A stretch of 64,000 nucleotides of DNA. Origin: Atractiella rhizophila. Taxonomy: Eukaryota. Positions 1 through 14,472 of the stretch are shown here, piece by piece (the first letter of the stretch is position 1; each line of letters opens with the position of its first letter). The stretch is taken from the NCBI GenBank assembly GCA_021432655.1, contig MU271406.1, positions 1 to 64,000 on the forward strand. The letters run 5' to 3'. The position numbers and the translations under genes were made by a program. The notes under the pieces were generated by a model. It was not told the DNA's origin, did not search any database, and saw only the letters and a program-made list of their open reading frames with translations.

Positions 1-2593
1 TCTCCATTGACTAAGGCATGTAGTTTACCTTTTCCGGAGTCGTTGTCGATCAAGTGTACTTCGACGAATCGAGTGTGAGCCGTATTTGTGTTGCATTGCT
101 CAGGAGGATCTGACAAGAGAGCGCAGACTTTGTTGGTCTACACTTCGGAGCAGGACGTCTGGCAGTCAAATAACCATGGACTATCGTGGCGCAAAATCAA
201 CAACGATGGGGAGAAGATCTACAGCGTCTTGATGCATCAGTACAACAAAGATCGCGCTTACCTCGTTGCAGGCGGTCGCAAAGTCTACACGACAACGAAC
301 AAAGGACAGCGTTGGACGTATTTCCAAGCTCCGCTGGATGCCAACATTCTGAGAATCCCCCTGCTGGATTTCCACCCCACCAGGCCGGACTGGCTCATCT
401 GGACGGGGAGCAAGGATTGCAGCGGTCCGCTTTCTAACAACTGCCATGCGCAGTCGTACTACACTCGCAATAATGGTGATTCTTGGAGCGGCATCGATTC
501 CTATGTGCGAATCTGCAGCTGGGGAAGAGACAAGAAGCTCTGGATCGACGAAAAGACGATTTTCTGCGAGTCCTATAAGAACAAAGAGGGATCCCAGCAT
601 TCCGACAACACCATGCAATTTGTCGAGGGCAAGAATTTTTACACACAGAAAAAGGTTCTTTTTGACAACATTGTCGGTTATGCTACCTTCGAAGAGTATA
701 TGGTCGTCGCTGAAGTTACCGGCACTGGCGGCTCTCTTACGCTCCAAGTCTCTCTCAACGGTGACCGTTACGCTTCTGCTCTATTCCCTCCCAACATGAG
801 GATCATGCCCTCTGCGTTCACCGTTTTGGAGTCGACCACCGATTCAGTCTTCCTGCACGTTACTACCAGCGGAGCTCCTGGTGCAGAATGGGGCAGCTTG
901 TTCAAGTCAAATTCTAATGGAACGTACTATACCATGTCTCTCGAACACGTAAATCGAAACGACGCTGGATATGTGGATTTCGAAAAGATGATTGGGTTGG
1001 ACGGAATCGCCCTCATCAATGTCGTTAGCAATCCAGACGATGCTACTCTCACTGGCAAAAAGGAGCTTCAGACGCGTATAACTCACAATGACGGCGAGTA
1101 GTTAACCACTCGTTCTTAGACCGTGTACTGACATTCTAGACAGGTGGTCGCTGGAAGCCCATCATTCCGCCTGCGAGGGATTCCCTTGGTCGCAGCTATG
1201 ACTGCATGTCTACAGTGAGATTTTCTCTACGTTATTGATCGACCGCTCTGAACACCTCCTGCAGTCTTGTTCCCTCCACATTCACGGCTATACGGAACGT
1301 AGAGATCCTCGAGCCACGTACAGTAGTCCCACCGCTGTGGGGCTGATGATTGGAGTTGGAAACGTCGGAGAGAAGCTCGCGCCATACGAGGATAGTGACA
1401 CTTTCCTCACTCGTGACGGAGGTTTCACTTGGGATGAGGTGCACAAAGATGCTCACCTTTGGGAGTACGGGGACCAAGGCTCGATTATTGTCCTTGTGAA
1501 CGACGAGCAACCGACAGACTTCGTGACCTACACCTTGAATGAAGGTCTTTCGTGGCAAGATTACAACTTTGGCCAGAAACTCAGAGTCAGAACCATCGTT
1601 ACCGTTCCACAGGACACGAGCAGAAAATTCATCCTCTTTGGAAGCGAACCCGGACGAACCAGCGAGACCGTGGCAGTTCACCTTGACTTCTCACAAGTCA
1701 CAAATACCAAATGTATTTCCTTTCACTACATGCCACATTTTGCTAACTGGTTGTGAAGGTAATCTTGACCTGGCTGATCCTAATAATGACGATTTCGAAC
1801 TGTGGAGTCCAAGCGAGAAGCGCGAACAGACCTGCTTATTCGGACGACAAGTCATGTACCACCGTCGAATAAGAGAGCGAAATTGCTATGTTGGGGAGAT
1901 TATGCCGCAGCCTTTCAAGAAGGAACGGGATTGTTTGTGTACCGACGACGACTTCGAATGGTTTGCCTTTGTCTCCTATATTCCTCTTCTTGCTAAGTGA
2001 TTCGCCAGTGAATTCAACTATCGACGGGATCCTTACACTCACCAATGTGTTCTTGTCGACGGTGCTCAGCCTTTGCCGAACAACGATACCTGCACCTGGC
2101 AACAAGACTTCTGGTACGAGCGAACAGCATATCGAAAGGTTCCCCATTCGTCTTGCATTGGCGAGGATGCTGTCCGCCTCGACCTAGGCAAGAAGCATGC
2201 TTGTCCCGCCCAAATCTCACGGAGCCACGGCTTCTTCTACTGGGCTTTCATAACCATCATCCCCGTACTCGCTGGGTCTCTCCTTGTCTTCTGGTGGATG
2301 CGACGGAGAGGTGGAAGGATTTACCTCGGTGAACCGAGTGGATATGGACGAAAGGAAGGCGGAGCGATGGATGTCATCGCTTCTGTACCTTACTTCTTGT
2401 TGGGCTTGGTCGCTGTTACTGCCAGTTGGCTGAACGAGTTGAGGTACAAAACGCCTTGGAGCACATCGAGGGGGATACCATATAGACAGCTTCCGATTGA
2501 CGATGATGCTGAGCAAGTCCTCTCACTGTTCTTGCAGACTTTGTGTCTGATCGTATAAACAGGGTGCTAGGCGATTACTTAGACGATGAATAA
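1..2593 (+). CDS. VPS10: Vacuolar protein sorting receptor Vps10/sortilin (3' part; gene starts before the window)
   Basis: BNR/Asp-box repeats ([32 protein letters not shown]), [19 protein letters not shown], Cys-rich 10CC module, TM segment [22 protein letters not shown], and an acidic tail ending [14 protein letters not shown] after splicing. Two introns are GC-AG (1094-1143, 2513-2562). Confidence 0.95.
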
Positions 2594-2834
2594 GGTCACT
2601 CCGTGAACTCAGAAAATTTGGAACTCAGCGCGCTTCATCTACACCACGCCGCCCAATTGCCCTGCAGAACCCACGCATGTCCCCATCTTTACTGTATTAT
2701 TTGGTATCTGTTGCAATAGTTAGTTAGCTTCGTAAATTCACATATATTGCTCCTGCTTCTGAGAGAGATTAGAACTACGTAAAGATTAGAGATTGTCTCT
2801 GCACCTAGTTGAAGTGAGGCAACATCAATCTACC

Positions 2835-3935
2835 ATGTTGGATGATTGCCTAGACCTTTTACGACGGCTACCGCCTCAGAATACGGAGTCTAACCTCCAG
2901 CAGCTTCTTGAACTTGCTCCAGACATCGCTGACGACCTCCTGGGGTCCGTGGATCAACCGTTACAAATCAGATTGGACAGAGAGAGCAAGAAGGAGTACC
3001 TCGTATGCGATTACAATAAAGATGGTGATTCTTATAGGTCCGTCTTTGTTTGATCTGCCTGAATGGTTGAGGATGTGCGTTTGAAGGAGTCCATGGAGCA
3101 ACACGTATGATCCTCCACTTGCGGATGGCACTTCTCCAAGTCCCGCCCTGAGGAAGCTAGAGGTGGCTGCGAATGAAGCGTTCGATCTGTATCGCGAGAT
3201 GTATGCGTGTTGTTCCCTTCGTAAATCAAAACTAAATGATACTAGGTATTATGAGGGTGGAGTGTCAAGCGTCTACTTCTGGGACTTGGACGATGGCGGC
3301 TTTGCTGGAGTGGTGCTCATCAAGAAGGGTCTGCCCTCCCTAAATTCTTAACACTTTACTCCTACTTGAGGATTGACTTGCGTTTACGATGCAGTGACAC
3401 CATCCCCGGCAGACGGATCTTGGGATAGCATCCATGTCTTCGAGTCGTCCTCGCGCGCTGATCGGTCTCGAGTATCACACTACAAGCTCACTTCTACAGT
3501 AATGCTTCACATTACGCGAACACCAAAGGAGGCCAATGGGGATGAAGGCGACGTTACTCTGAGCGGCAGCTTGACTCGGCAGGTAAGCATTTTCACCATG
3601 TACCGCGCCAATGAGCCGTCTAACAGCCACCTAAATGGGATTGCAGGTTGAGCAGGATGCCCCCCTCGATAATGCGAACAACCATATCACAAACATTGGC
3701 AAGATGGTGGAGGATATGGAGATAAAGATGCGGAATTTGATTCAAGATGTCTACTTTTCTAGTTTGTCTCCTTTCTCGAGTTTCTCCTCTAGGTGTGCTT
3801 ACGGAGAGGACAGAAACGAAAGACATCGTTAACGACCTGAGATCGCTTGATGGCGCAGGAATGAAGTCGAAGAGAGCAGCGATTCAAGGCGAGCTTGTAG
3901 GATTGCTCAAAGGAAGAGGAGGTGAGAGAGGATAA
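2835..3935 (+). CDS. CAP2: F-actin capping protein beta subunit
   Basis: Spliced product contains [90 protein letters not shown]. Five GT-AG introns. Confidence 0.95.
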
Positions 3936-4879
3936 AGTGAATGGAGTTCGGGTTTAGGTATTATGGGTCAATACAATCGTTCGTCCGAGTTTGTTTACAA
4001 GTTTGCTCCCAGTCCAGTGTAAGAATTATTGATGGAGGAGCAACGCTCTAAGTGAAGAATGAAGGATAATCATTATCTGAAGTCGTGTTCCCTGTTTGTG
4101 TTCTGAGGTTCTTTTCCTAGCTTCACCCGTCAAGTGGCCTCATCAAGAAAGTAGATTCAATCATGCCGGGTAATGATTACAGGTTGCCTTACTGTGCCTC
4201 TTAACAAGTCGTCAGAGCGTTGTCTCACATAGCTCATTCATTCCGCCCAATATTGTCCTGATGTCCTGATGTAGCCACTGTGACGGCTGCGAGCATGACA
4301 GTTAACGTAACGTTTAGAGAACCCTTCCCGCTGCTTTCCGGCTAGCGAGCCAACGGGACCCGTGAGTGCCGGTGGTTGTTTGAAGGGGCTGGGAGAGCTC
4401 TCTCCCAAGACTTTACTTTGGCTCATAATATATGATCGAAGGAGTAAAGGTCACCGTAGTGCAAGCTCCATGGTATGTTCTCCTTCCATGATCGATGATC
4501 TGCTTATCTCATCTTGCACAGATGTCAGTGCCTGTCCATCATTCATGCAGCAATCGCAAAGTTTGACTGTGCATAAAGTTAGGTCAAGTTCCACCGCGCG
4601 AGCCATTCGGGCCCTCTCCATGTGCAGCAACTCCGACAGTCCCCCGAGGCTCTGCGCCAGCCATCGCGCGAGAACCTGAAATGCTCACAAGTTTAAATGG
4701 AACCCGGAAGAATCACGCCCCCTGCAAGCCACAACTCCGTCCGTGCGCTTCTTCGCTTCTGCTACGTCCTCTCACACCTCCGTTTAATACATATAAGAGA
4801 GCTTCGGCGGCAAGACGGTAAGCTTCTCACATCATATGCTGAATTCGCTTAGAAGCATTCTCAAATACTTGCAGCGTAG

Positions 4880-6788
4880 ATGTCCAATATAGTCGATTCA
4901 CATCCCAACTCCGCACCATCAACCCTCAATGGGATACCCATGGGACCTAATTCTCCTACCCACTCTCGAACAAACAGCATTGCCAAGTCTCCGCATCCCG
5001 ATGGTGGAGCAGAAGCACAGGAGGAGGATACTCTCACACGTCGGCACGTGTCGATGGAAGCCGTCACACAGGGGGACAAAGACCTAGAAAAGCATGTGGT
5101 AATCACATCTCGGATGGAACTGCCTCAGAAGTTCAAGCATAATTTTTGGGATCGAGAGCTGACACCACAGAGGACGCTGTACTTCAAGATGGCTTCCATT
5201 GGAGGTTTGGCGGTTTTTTTATTGCAGATATTCGCCATCATGCCTTTGTACGTCTTCCGCAAGTTGTGTGTACGAAATTGACATCCTGACAAATGCCAGC
5301 TATTGGGGTTCACTTTACAAAGAATACTCGTTGATCCCCAACTTACGCACTCTCGTCCTCAACCTCGATAACTCCACAATCGGCACGACCATTTCCTCAG
5401 CCTTGCTCTCCTCCGCTCATGGCACACACACCCACGGTACGGGACCAGGAAACCTCAAATCCTGGCTAGGATGGGAAGAATACACACTCCGGTTCTCTTC
5501 CACCTTCCGGCTTTTCTAATGATGAAGAAGCCCTGGAAGACGCCAGGCGACAGGTGGAGAATGAGCACGCCTGGGCTGTGGTTGTCATCCTTTCCTCCTC
5601 AACTGAACGCCTACAAAGGGCAATTGCGAGCGCAGATCAAGCGTGGAACGCGAGTACTATCGTCCAAGTTATTTACTCCAGGCCGTAACGAACTCGCCAC
5701 CGGCTTTGTGGTTCCCTACACCACCGCGATACTTCAGCGGGCGAATGCACAGTTGGCCCAGCAGTTCACGACCGAATTCCTTGCCACGGCGACGATCGAA
5801 CAGGCGCGTGCTATGCCTGTGAACCTCTTGACGCAACCAGTGGGATACACGATGGTCAATCTTCATCCTTACGATCAACCTTTAGCTACAGTGCTCACCT
5901 TTGTTGGCATCATCTACGTCGCCGTACGCAATTTAATTTGAGCGTGAACATTGACTGATGAAAGCAAAAGGTTTTCGCCTTCCAAACAACAATGGCGACA
6001 TCCGCTTTTCAGGTCGTCATTGGGGACTATTTGCACATCCGTTCACTCATTCTTCTACGGTTTGGGATATCATTCCTGTTTTATTTCTTCTTGTCCTGGG
6101 TACGTCGTATTCTCTCCGACGGATTTTACTGACCACTGCTTGGCAGGCTTTTGCCTTGTTAGGTCTAATGTTCAAAGGAGACTTTACTCGACAGTGGGGT
6201 CTTTCCTAAACGATCCTCATGACAATGATGGGTTAAAATCCGATATAGTTTTGGAGGAGGGGGATTCTTATTATATTGGCTTTCCCTTTTTCTAGGAATG
6301 GCAAGTCTCGGGTTAGCGTTACAAGCGATGGTCACTCTTCTCACTGTTCGGTGCGTCCCCCTTGATATTTGGGCCAAACGCTCATATTCATCGCAGCTTC
6401 ATACCAATCCTGTTCATCCTTATCTTATTAACAAACGTCTCTGTCTCTCTCCTTCCCTTCGACCTCCTGCCTTCGGTATATCAATACGGTTTGTTTCTTC
6501 CCACATTTTATCCTTGCAGTAGCTAACAGAGCTGAATGGGCAGGGAAAGCCTGGCCAGCCTATAATCTCAACCGGCTAGTCCGTACCATCCTCTTCGGGA
6601 CAAAGAACGATCTTTCTCTTAATTACGGTGTTCTCCTGGCTTGGATAGCAGTCAGCTGTATCACTCTCCCACTCATTCAGATCTGGGAGAGGAAGCGGGA
6701 GGTCAAAGCACACCTTGCACCTCTGAACGAGAAAGCCGCCACCGCACCAGTACTGGAAAAGGAAGCACTGGAGACCTCGATGCGATAG
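4880..6788 (+). CDS. DUF3533 / SNG1-like multi-pass membrane protein
   Basis: TM helix followed by YWGSLY, VENEHAWAVVVI, GRNE and VNLHPYDQP, then several TM exons ending RTILFGTKNDLSLNYGVLLAW. Probable 5'-UTR intron 4818-4874 and TATA-like element near 4791. Confidence 0.8.
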
Positions 6789-7486
6789 AACAGAAGATAG
6801 AGCAGCCCACAACATTCCGATAATATTCACCTACCTGTATGAACTAGGACGAAAGGAACATTAAGTTTGGGACGAATTAGAACTGACATATCATTTTGGA
6901 AGAAAATACCCCTTACGTTCCTCATTGGAGTAATAATACAATGCTCGTTTCGCAAGCGAATATTTGGGTTAAAACTGAAAGAGTAAACGTGACCACAAGC
7001 TGTTCCCTGCCATGAGGTTATTATACATCGTAAGTACTTCCTGAGGAGTTATCACGATATCGAGCTAGGTTCACTTTCGCAGAGGCTGTGAACAAGAGTC
7101 ATTCAAGCTTCGCATTGCAATAACTTCAACGAATAAGAACACTTCAACTCCAACCAATGACCTAGAACTAATACATCGTTAGGGTACACGAACGTGATAG
7201 GCTTAGAATGGCCGGAGCAATGGATACAAAGAGTTTATTAGCCACTATTGAAAACAAGTCCCTTCTCTTTCTTCAATCCGAAACTGTTGTTGTTTTGCGT
7301 TTGTTGATTTCGGTGGATGATGCTAAAAGTGGTTGAAAGTTGTGTATGATATGAATGATAGAATGATACAGAACGGGGCTGATTCGCGCATCGCATGGCA
7401 GTCATTAAGTGAAGAGCTCATCACACCACGAGAAGGAGAAACGAACATAGTTCCTGAGTCTGCTCCCATGCTCAACGGAATGTGAA

Positions 7487-8523
7487 CTACCAATCGCCAA
7501 GCGAAGACGACATTCTCTCCTCCCACCTGTTCCGGAAACATCAGTCTGAGAATCAGTAATATGTCGCCGAGGAGGAAGGAAAGACAACTGGGATGGGAGC
7601 CGAACATACATATCGCTTTGATGTGAATCGAATGCCCACCAATTCCTCTTTGGCGCAACCGGTTTCTCTTCGGGTACTTGTATCGGGCTAGCCCTCCTCG
7701 TTTGCATCGGGGTCTCTTCCTCCAGCTCCAACTCCAGCGCATTCTCCCTCAACTTCTCCAGAGCAAGGGATGCAATAGCCATCTTCATCACAGGTCCCAC
7801 AGGTTGAAATCCTCCTTCTATTTCCCTTCTTATAGTTCCTTCGGCCTGCCGAAAAGCGAGCAACTTATGATCCACCACTTGCGCATTAAGCTCCGCGTAA
7901 TCGCCCACTAATGAATCTTGAGATAGAGGAATGACTGCGTTGGGAGTAGGGGCGGGAGATGGTGGTTGCGATGAGGTGTCTCCTTCCGAATCAGATTCGA
8001 AGGTGCCTTTGTCAGAGGCAGAAGATGATGATGACGGGGCAGGGAAAGAGGACGTCGCATAAGTCGACGGCGCGAGGACTGATGAGGCGTACGAGGAGGC
8101 ATAGTTCGATTCTGGGGCATTGATAATAGCTGCAACGGTCGAAGCAGAGGTAGACGGTTGGTTGGGCTCAGAAAGATCGGAACAACAAGAAGGTGCAGAG
8201 GGAGGAGAATGTAGGTTCATCAACAGCCATCGCACATTCTCAATCGTCCGTTGGCTCTCCGAGACCTGCCTCAACAATTTCCGGTTCCTGCCTCGTTTTT
8301 CCTTCTCCTCCTCGTCCTCTTCTTCAAACACGTCCTCCAGGAAGACCGCATCGAGCTTCTTTTGGACCTCCTTCTCCCGCTCACGCTCCAGTTCCCCTTC
8401 GTATTCCGTCAATAGGGACTGATAGTTCTCGAGGAGAGACGTAGTAAGAGGATATCTATCAGGAATTGTAGGACACAGCGGTTGGGCAGGGGAAGTGGTC
8501 TGGAGGGAAAAAGGAATCGACAT
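7487..8523 (-). CDS. Hypothetical low-complexity (Ser/Glu-rich) protein
   Basis: Long ORF. One GTATGT...CAG intron (~7528-7610) gives the C-terminus SDMWEERMSSSLGDW*. No domain recognised. Confidence 0.6.
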
Positions 8524-9352
8524 CTTCGCTGCTAATATTCGGTGGCTGACAGGGGATGACCGTACTGAAGTTGAGAGCCGAGATGGCAGAATATATAGGA
8601 TATCGGTCTGGTCCCGAAGACGGATGCCACGATCAACTAAAGATCTTGTCTAATAGAAATGAGCAGGGAGCGAATAAAGCTTACAATAGTAACAACACAA
8701 GAGTCTTGACCTTGTTCCTCGATTCTCTCATCAAAGAAATTTGAGGAGTCCGTTCGGGATGACAGAGCAATCGGTTGCGTCCCGATAGCTCGCCTCCTCG
8801 ATAGCGAGCTGGAATCTCTGTCAGGGGCTGTAGCGGGGGTACGATGGCGAATGGTGATGGCCAGAACGGAGGAAAACGAAAGGGTCGAAATAGTCGAAGG
8901 GGACGTTATAAATCTTGTGGCACGTTCTCCATCAACTTTGTTTCCCTATTCCAGTTGCCCTCAATACAGCTGGTCGTTTAAACAAGGACAGGAAGAACCT
9001 GTCGCTAATCAAGTGCGGAACGTGAAAGCGGGAGGCCGGTGTTAGTTCGGTTATAATCCGAGTTCGAGTTCTTAGTCTGAGTCCTATCAAAGGCGGAGCA
9101 CTCCGTCTTTCAACGCTGGAGCGCTGGAGAGCTGGCCCATGAGCATGGCGGATAGACCTTTGCGCAGCAACGCAAGCTGTAGTGATATGTCGAAACATTA
9201 AGATGCCAATTCCTAAAATTATTGTGCTGTTGACATGCTTCCACTTTCCATCCAATTTTCTCAATTCTCAAGACCCCAACGTCCCGAATCATAGTACCTT
9301 TGGGCTACGTTAGACTTCTCCAACGTGCAAAACATCGAAGGAAGTTTCAACA

Positions 9353-10280
9353 TTAATCGGCCTCCCTCTCTGCGATCGGATTGGCGTGAATCGTTATCTT
9401 TGACAATTGCTCAGCTTGATACGCAAAAGGTAGGAGCGGACGAACAGAATTCAGCTTGATCTCCACCGTCGGTCGATACTTTTCACCCACTGGCGTACGT
9501 TCCATCGCATCCAATGTTGTTTCCGCGCCGTCAATCACTCTGTAGATCAGACGAACATTTCAGTCCCTCCGTATGAGAAAGGATGACATGAGATAAAGAA
9601 AATGCGTACTTCCCAAATATTGTATACTTGGCATCGAGATGGTTCTGTTTAGCATATGTGACGAAGAACTGGCTTTTGTTCGTGTCTGGGCCAGAGTTTG
9701 CCATTGCCACCATTCCTCGAGCGCTGAACTATCACAGGGAAGTGTAGTCAGTCTATCATCTCTGCTCTGGAAAAGAAATACTTTGAGAGTTGATCGGATC
9801 TCATCGTTAAATGCCTTCCCCCAAATGGACTGGCCACCTTTTCCTGTGCCAGTCGGGTCACCTGTCTTGTTTATTTCAGCATCCATAATTTATGAAGCAT
9901 GAGAGAGGTACTTGAATCATAAACCCCTTTATATTTCTTTTTAATAGTCAGCCTAGCTATCATGTTTTCGAACTCGCAAGAGGACAACGAACCGATGCCA
10001 CAAACATCCATCGTAATATCCTGATGCGCAAAGCGCAAGAAAGTTCTACTGTCACTCTATTAGTCCTTTATACCCGGTAGATCAAAGGAAAGGACATACT
10101 TCAGCTGTCTTGGGAACGGTTTCGCAGAACACTTCGATCTTAATGAATACTCAGTTTGGATTTGGACGGGAACTGGGAGTAGGACGTACTTTGAGATCTC
10201 CGAGCGATGTATGGAGAGTTACGGACTATATAATCGTGTGTTAGTGGGAATTATATGCGGGGAAGGGTAGTACTCACCAT
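9353..10280 (-). CDS. CYP10: Peptidyl-prolyl isomerase, PPIL3/Cyp10 type
   Basis: Spliced [68 protein letters not shown]...[16 protein letters not shown]...VTIHANPIA. The first coding exon is only the ATG. Confidence 0.93.
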
Positions 10281-12414
10281 TTCGCTTTATGCAGTTGGCT
10301 GCTTACGCCATGAAAATTGGAGAATAGTGCACGTGACTTGAATCTTGACTTTTCGAGAGGAAGTTCGGAGCAAGGAGAGGTGTTGGTTCCAATGACATTG
10401 AGAGTGCTTCCGGATAGAGCAGATCGCAGGAACCAGCAGGGCTATAAATGAACGGAAATGGCGAGTGTGAGTCGAGTTCCTGCAAACAACTTGAAGTCTA
10501 GTTCTTGCAATTTGGCGCTCATTATATGGAGCGGTGCGTGGCCATTTCGCTTAAAGCACCTTCACTTCCGAATCATTCACGCCATATGCGAAACTTACTG
10601 TAATAGGAAGAGCAACCGTGACCGCTCATTGCTACATAGTGTATTGTATTACGCTTTTCTTCCTTCAGCTCGTTGTGCTCTTTTGTAAGACGTAGAAGGC
10701 GTCGAGGAATTCTCATCCGAACAACTTGTGCAACCAGGCTAAATACCATTATGAATTATGGAAGTTCTTGCATATCTGTGCCTTGGATTGTCAACTAACC
10801 GAGGTTGAACGGTGACGGTCATTGTGGATTCCAGTACAAATTTCTGAGCATACTTACTTCGCTTTCTGATGTCTGCGCGCTTTAAATAAACTAACAATGG
10901 CAGAATGCTAGTTGCTGCACCAGGAGCAGAAATAGTTATATCAGGCCAACAAAAAGGCTGCATAGCTCGAATAGGTGTTTCGCATATATATTTTAGAACG
11001 GATTGAAAAGGCGGAATTCCTCTGGGCATGTACAGCGAGGCGGATACCCCGAGACCAAACTCACGAAGTAATGAGCGAGATAGCCACCTGGGTTCATCAG
11101 AAACGCTTTTAGTTCCATTTCATTTTTTCAAGAGAAACTCGAAAGCTTACGAAATAGGAGAGAAATGGGCGTCAACCAGCTGGTCAGTAGTACAGGTTGC
11201 AGCTCGTCTTCGGCGACATCTCCACCCCATCCGCTTAAATTTGGGTTGGACGTGGAAATAGATACACTATTGTCAAGACGATAGTGTAACATGCGATTGC
11301 CAGAAACGGTCAAGCTTACACCCCAAGATTAGAGCTGTAAATGTCAGCAAACACTAGCGGGAAGGATTTGAAGAAATGGTAGATGATAAAGTGCCCGCTA
11401 ACCCATCAACAACTTTCGGGTCATAGAGACTCTTACGACAGTGCCAATAATATTCACGAATGTTAGTCAATAGTGAGGTGGATAGATCAAATGAGATAGC
11501 TTCGTAGAAGACGTGTTGGACAGACAAGTTGACCGGTCGATCTCGCTTTGCGACTGCAACGCCATATTATTTGTTAATTTCTCAACAGTTGAACACGTTT
11601 GAGAAGGATAGTATCAGTATCCACCGTATTTCTAGTAGAGTTACGGACAAGACAGTGAGAGCAAAACCACAAATTGCATGGCGCTCGTAAGGCGGCCAGC
11701 GGCACCCCAACAGTATTGCTGGAAGCCCTGAACTTTTCGTCCTATCAGGGCGATGATGATACAGGGAGGAGCTAAAACTCCGGGAGATTCATCAAACGCA
11801 AAGTTTTCTTTGAACGCAATGATATCGAGGGTGGTGCAAGAAACGCAAAATCGACGCAAAATCTATGCCAGCTTGGGTATGATCTGACTGGAGACGAAGC
11901 TATGGACAGGAACTAGTCGCGAAGGAACGAGAGCTGGGAGAGACAGCGTGGTTGAGACCGTTCATGTGGATCAAATGGGATCAGGATCAGCTGTGCCCTG
12001 CGGAAGGGGCGAAGCGTTGGCTCAGGCTGGTCTTCACCTGTTTCCCCTGTAATCGCGTCATTAAATTTCCACATCAACAGATCAAGCATCTATGTGACGC
12101 AAGAGAAGAAGAATTCAGAAGAAAGTTAGGCGGTAGCTTGAGGAACCTGGATGGGAGCACTGTTACAACGGTTGACGCTGGAATAGAAGCCAAGTCAGCC
12201 GTTACTCTCCAGCTCCGCTGGGCCTAGCGGATTATAATGGGACTAATATGCGGAGGAGGGACAAAATGGGCATAACCGAAGCACTCGTCATCTGATATTG
12301 CTAACCAATTCCAGTCTTGCGAAAGAAGCATAGTGTTGACGGTGACCAGTGACACTTTGCCCAGATGATGTTGTGAAGACCGAATACATTGGTTCTACAT
12401 CGATCTAAATACCA

Positions 12415-14472
12415 TCACGCATTCGAACTCCTCAACCTCTTGCTGCTGTCTCTTTCTATCGTCACCCCTCTCCTCTTAGAACCTTGTGTCTCCCGAGAAA
12501 CCGCCCCGTCCTCCCGACCCCGCCAAGTTCCGGTCTCATCCACTAGAGCTCGTCGTAACAATTCCCTCATAAAGGTGTGAGTAGCCATCTGACCAATCAT
12601 ACTATCAATCAGCTGCTTTTCTTCAGCTGCTGGGATTGCCGGAACCCGTATGAGTCTCTGAAGATTGCGAATTTGAGCTACCAAGTCGCCAGGGGTGACC
12701 AAACGGTAAGAAAGGTTGAGGAAGAGATCCTGGAGTACTTGGTTAAGCTCGTGAGTGTTGACCTTGAGTGCGCCAGCACCGCTTGTTATGATTCCATTTC
12801 GGCCCGAAACTGTCGACTCGATGCTGTTCTGCATTCTGTCAAATGGAAGAAGTAAAGATCGGCGGGCTTCGTCTGACAATTCGCTTTGCGCGTACGATAC
12901 AACGGTCCAGGTCAGAACATAAACGAATGACTCAATATCGTCTTCGGTGTCGTGTCGAATGGTCTGTTTTGAGTGGATTGCCCGTAAGAGTCGATGAGAC
13001 ATGAACTCGTAAGTGCCCTGTTCCACCGTGAACTACAACACGTGATTATTAAGAGAACTAACCGTTCGCTCAAGGGAAGCAACGGGATCGCTTTTCTTCT
13101 TCGCGAACTCCCAATCGATTAAATACCCCTTCGGTTCCTCTTCAACTGGGCCAAGAATGACGTTGCCGAATGAGATATCACGGTGCAGCATACCGAGATT
13201 GTCCCAAGCAGCAAAGTGAGCTGCGGCCCACCCCATGACGCATTAGTTGCACATCAGATCAAGATGGCAGCAAGCGTACCTTCAAAAGCGTCTGAGAATC
13301 CTTTCACGAGCTCATAACTAGACCTAAATTTATTGAGCGACCGTCCGACTTTATTCAAAACAAGTCGATAGTGGACCATCTCCCTTTTATATTTATCGTC
13401 CGCCGATAGCTTGACACGTTGGAATTTGCCCATTACATCGCCTTCGGCAACAACCTGGAGAATATTTGGGACTTTATGCGCGTGTAACTCGGCGTAGATT
13501 TCGCCTTCCGAACGGTATTCGGAATGTCGCCAGGTGTCTTTGAGCAAGACGAGTCGTTTCTGTTCGGGGTCGTAAGCCTCGAAGCACCTTGTTCCTCGAC
13601 CGACAGGTTGATTGTGACGAAAGATGAAGGGATCCGAAATATAGAACGCCTTGTTTTGCACCATCACTTTGAAGATTGGCTTCCCCGCTATAACGTTGAG
13701 CTTCGCCTTAGCCTCTTCAGCATCACCGTCGCCCTCAAGAGGCTCCTGCATCGTCGTGTCGTGTCCCCTTTCGGCATCGTTCGCGTGTGTAAAGCGCCAA
13801 AAGAATTTGCGGAGGTGTGGCGTCGCGACGTAGTCGAACAAAGGGGTCACAAGGAAGCCAGCACGGGAGTGACAGAGAAGACGAGCGGAGTGTTGCCTAA
13901 CATAGAAAGAGAAAACTCTCGTTCTTTGTTGGGAAGAAAGAATGACGCTGCTGTAAATGGTGAGCTGACCACGCGCCCAATCCGCTGTCTGTGAGTTGCC
14001 TTCTATCACTCTGACATCCTTCTCAATCTTCTCGTCGCGAAAAGGTTCATCCTTACGCGCCTTCTTGAACTCGCCAAACGACTCCGCTTTCTTCATGACT
14101 GTACCTGTCCGCAAGCGATCACTATAGAGGACCAGATCGGGTGTGACCCCAACGACTCCGAGCATTGGAAAGAAATCCCTGTCGGTCTTGTCGTTGGTGT
14201 TGACGAGCTGCCAGGTTTCTTTGATGAAAGGCTGCATGTACTTTATCTATTAAAGTGATATATTCGAAAAAGATTTTGAAAGAGACCAACGCACGCACAA
14301 AGGGATTGCAATGAGAGGTTTCCAGACCTGACACATCTGGCACTGGGTAGGGACTGCTTTCTGGCATGTCCCCGTCCCAGTCGCATGGCAGCATGTCAAG
14401 AAATTCCTCCACAGACACTGTAGCGTATTTCCCCTTCATATCGCCGCAGAGGAAGTTGCAGGCAGCCTCGTT
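12415..14472 (-). CDS. Fungal-type protein kinase (FunK1 / Pkinase_fungal); 5' end uncertain
   Basis: RGQLTIYS, DAERGHDTT, VGRGTRCF, VLLKDTWR, HYRLVL, LHRDISFGNVIL, GYLIDWEFAK, RT/GTYEFMS, DDIESFVYVL. Three internal GT-AG introns keep the frame. Confidence 0.9.

Noticed and set aside
48..58. GATCAAGTGTA, matching the U2 snRNA branch-recognition region
   Set aside because: It lies in a Vps10 exon and the flanking U2 sequence is absent.
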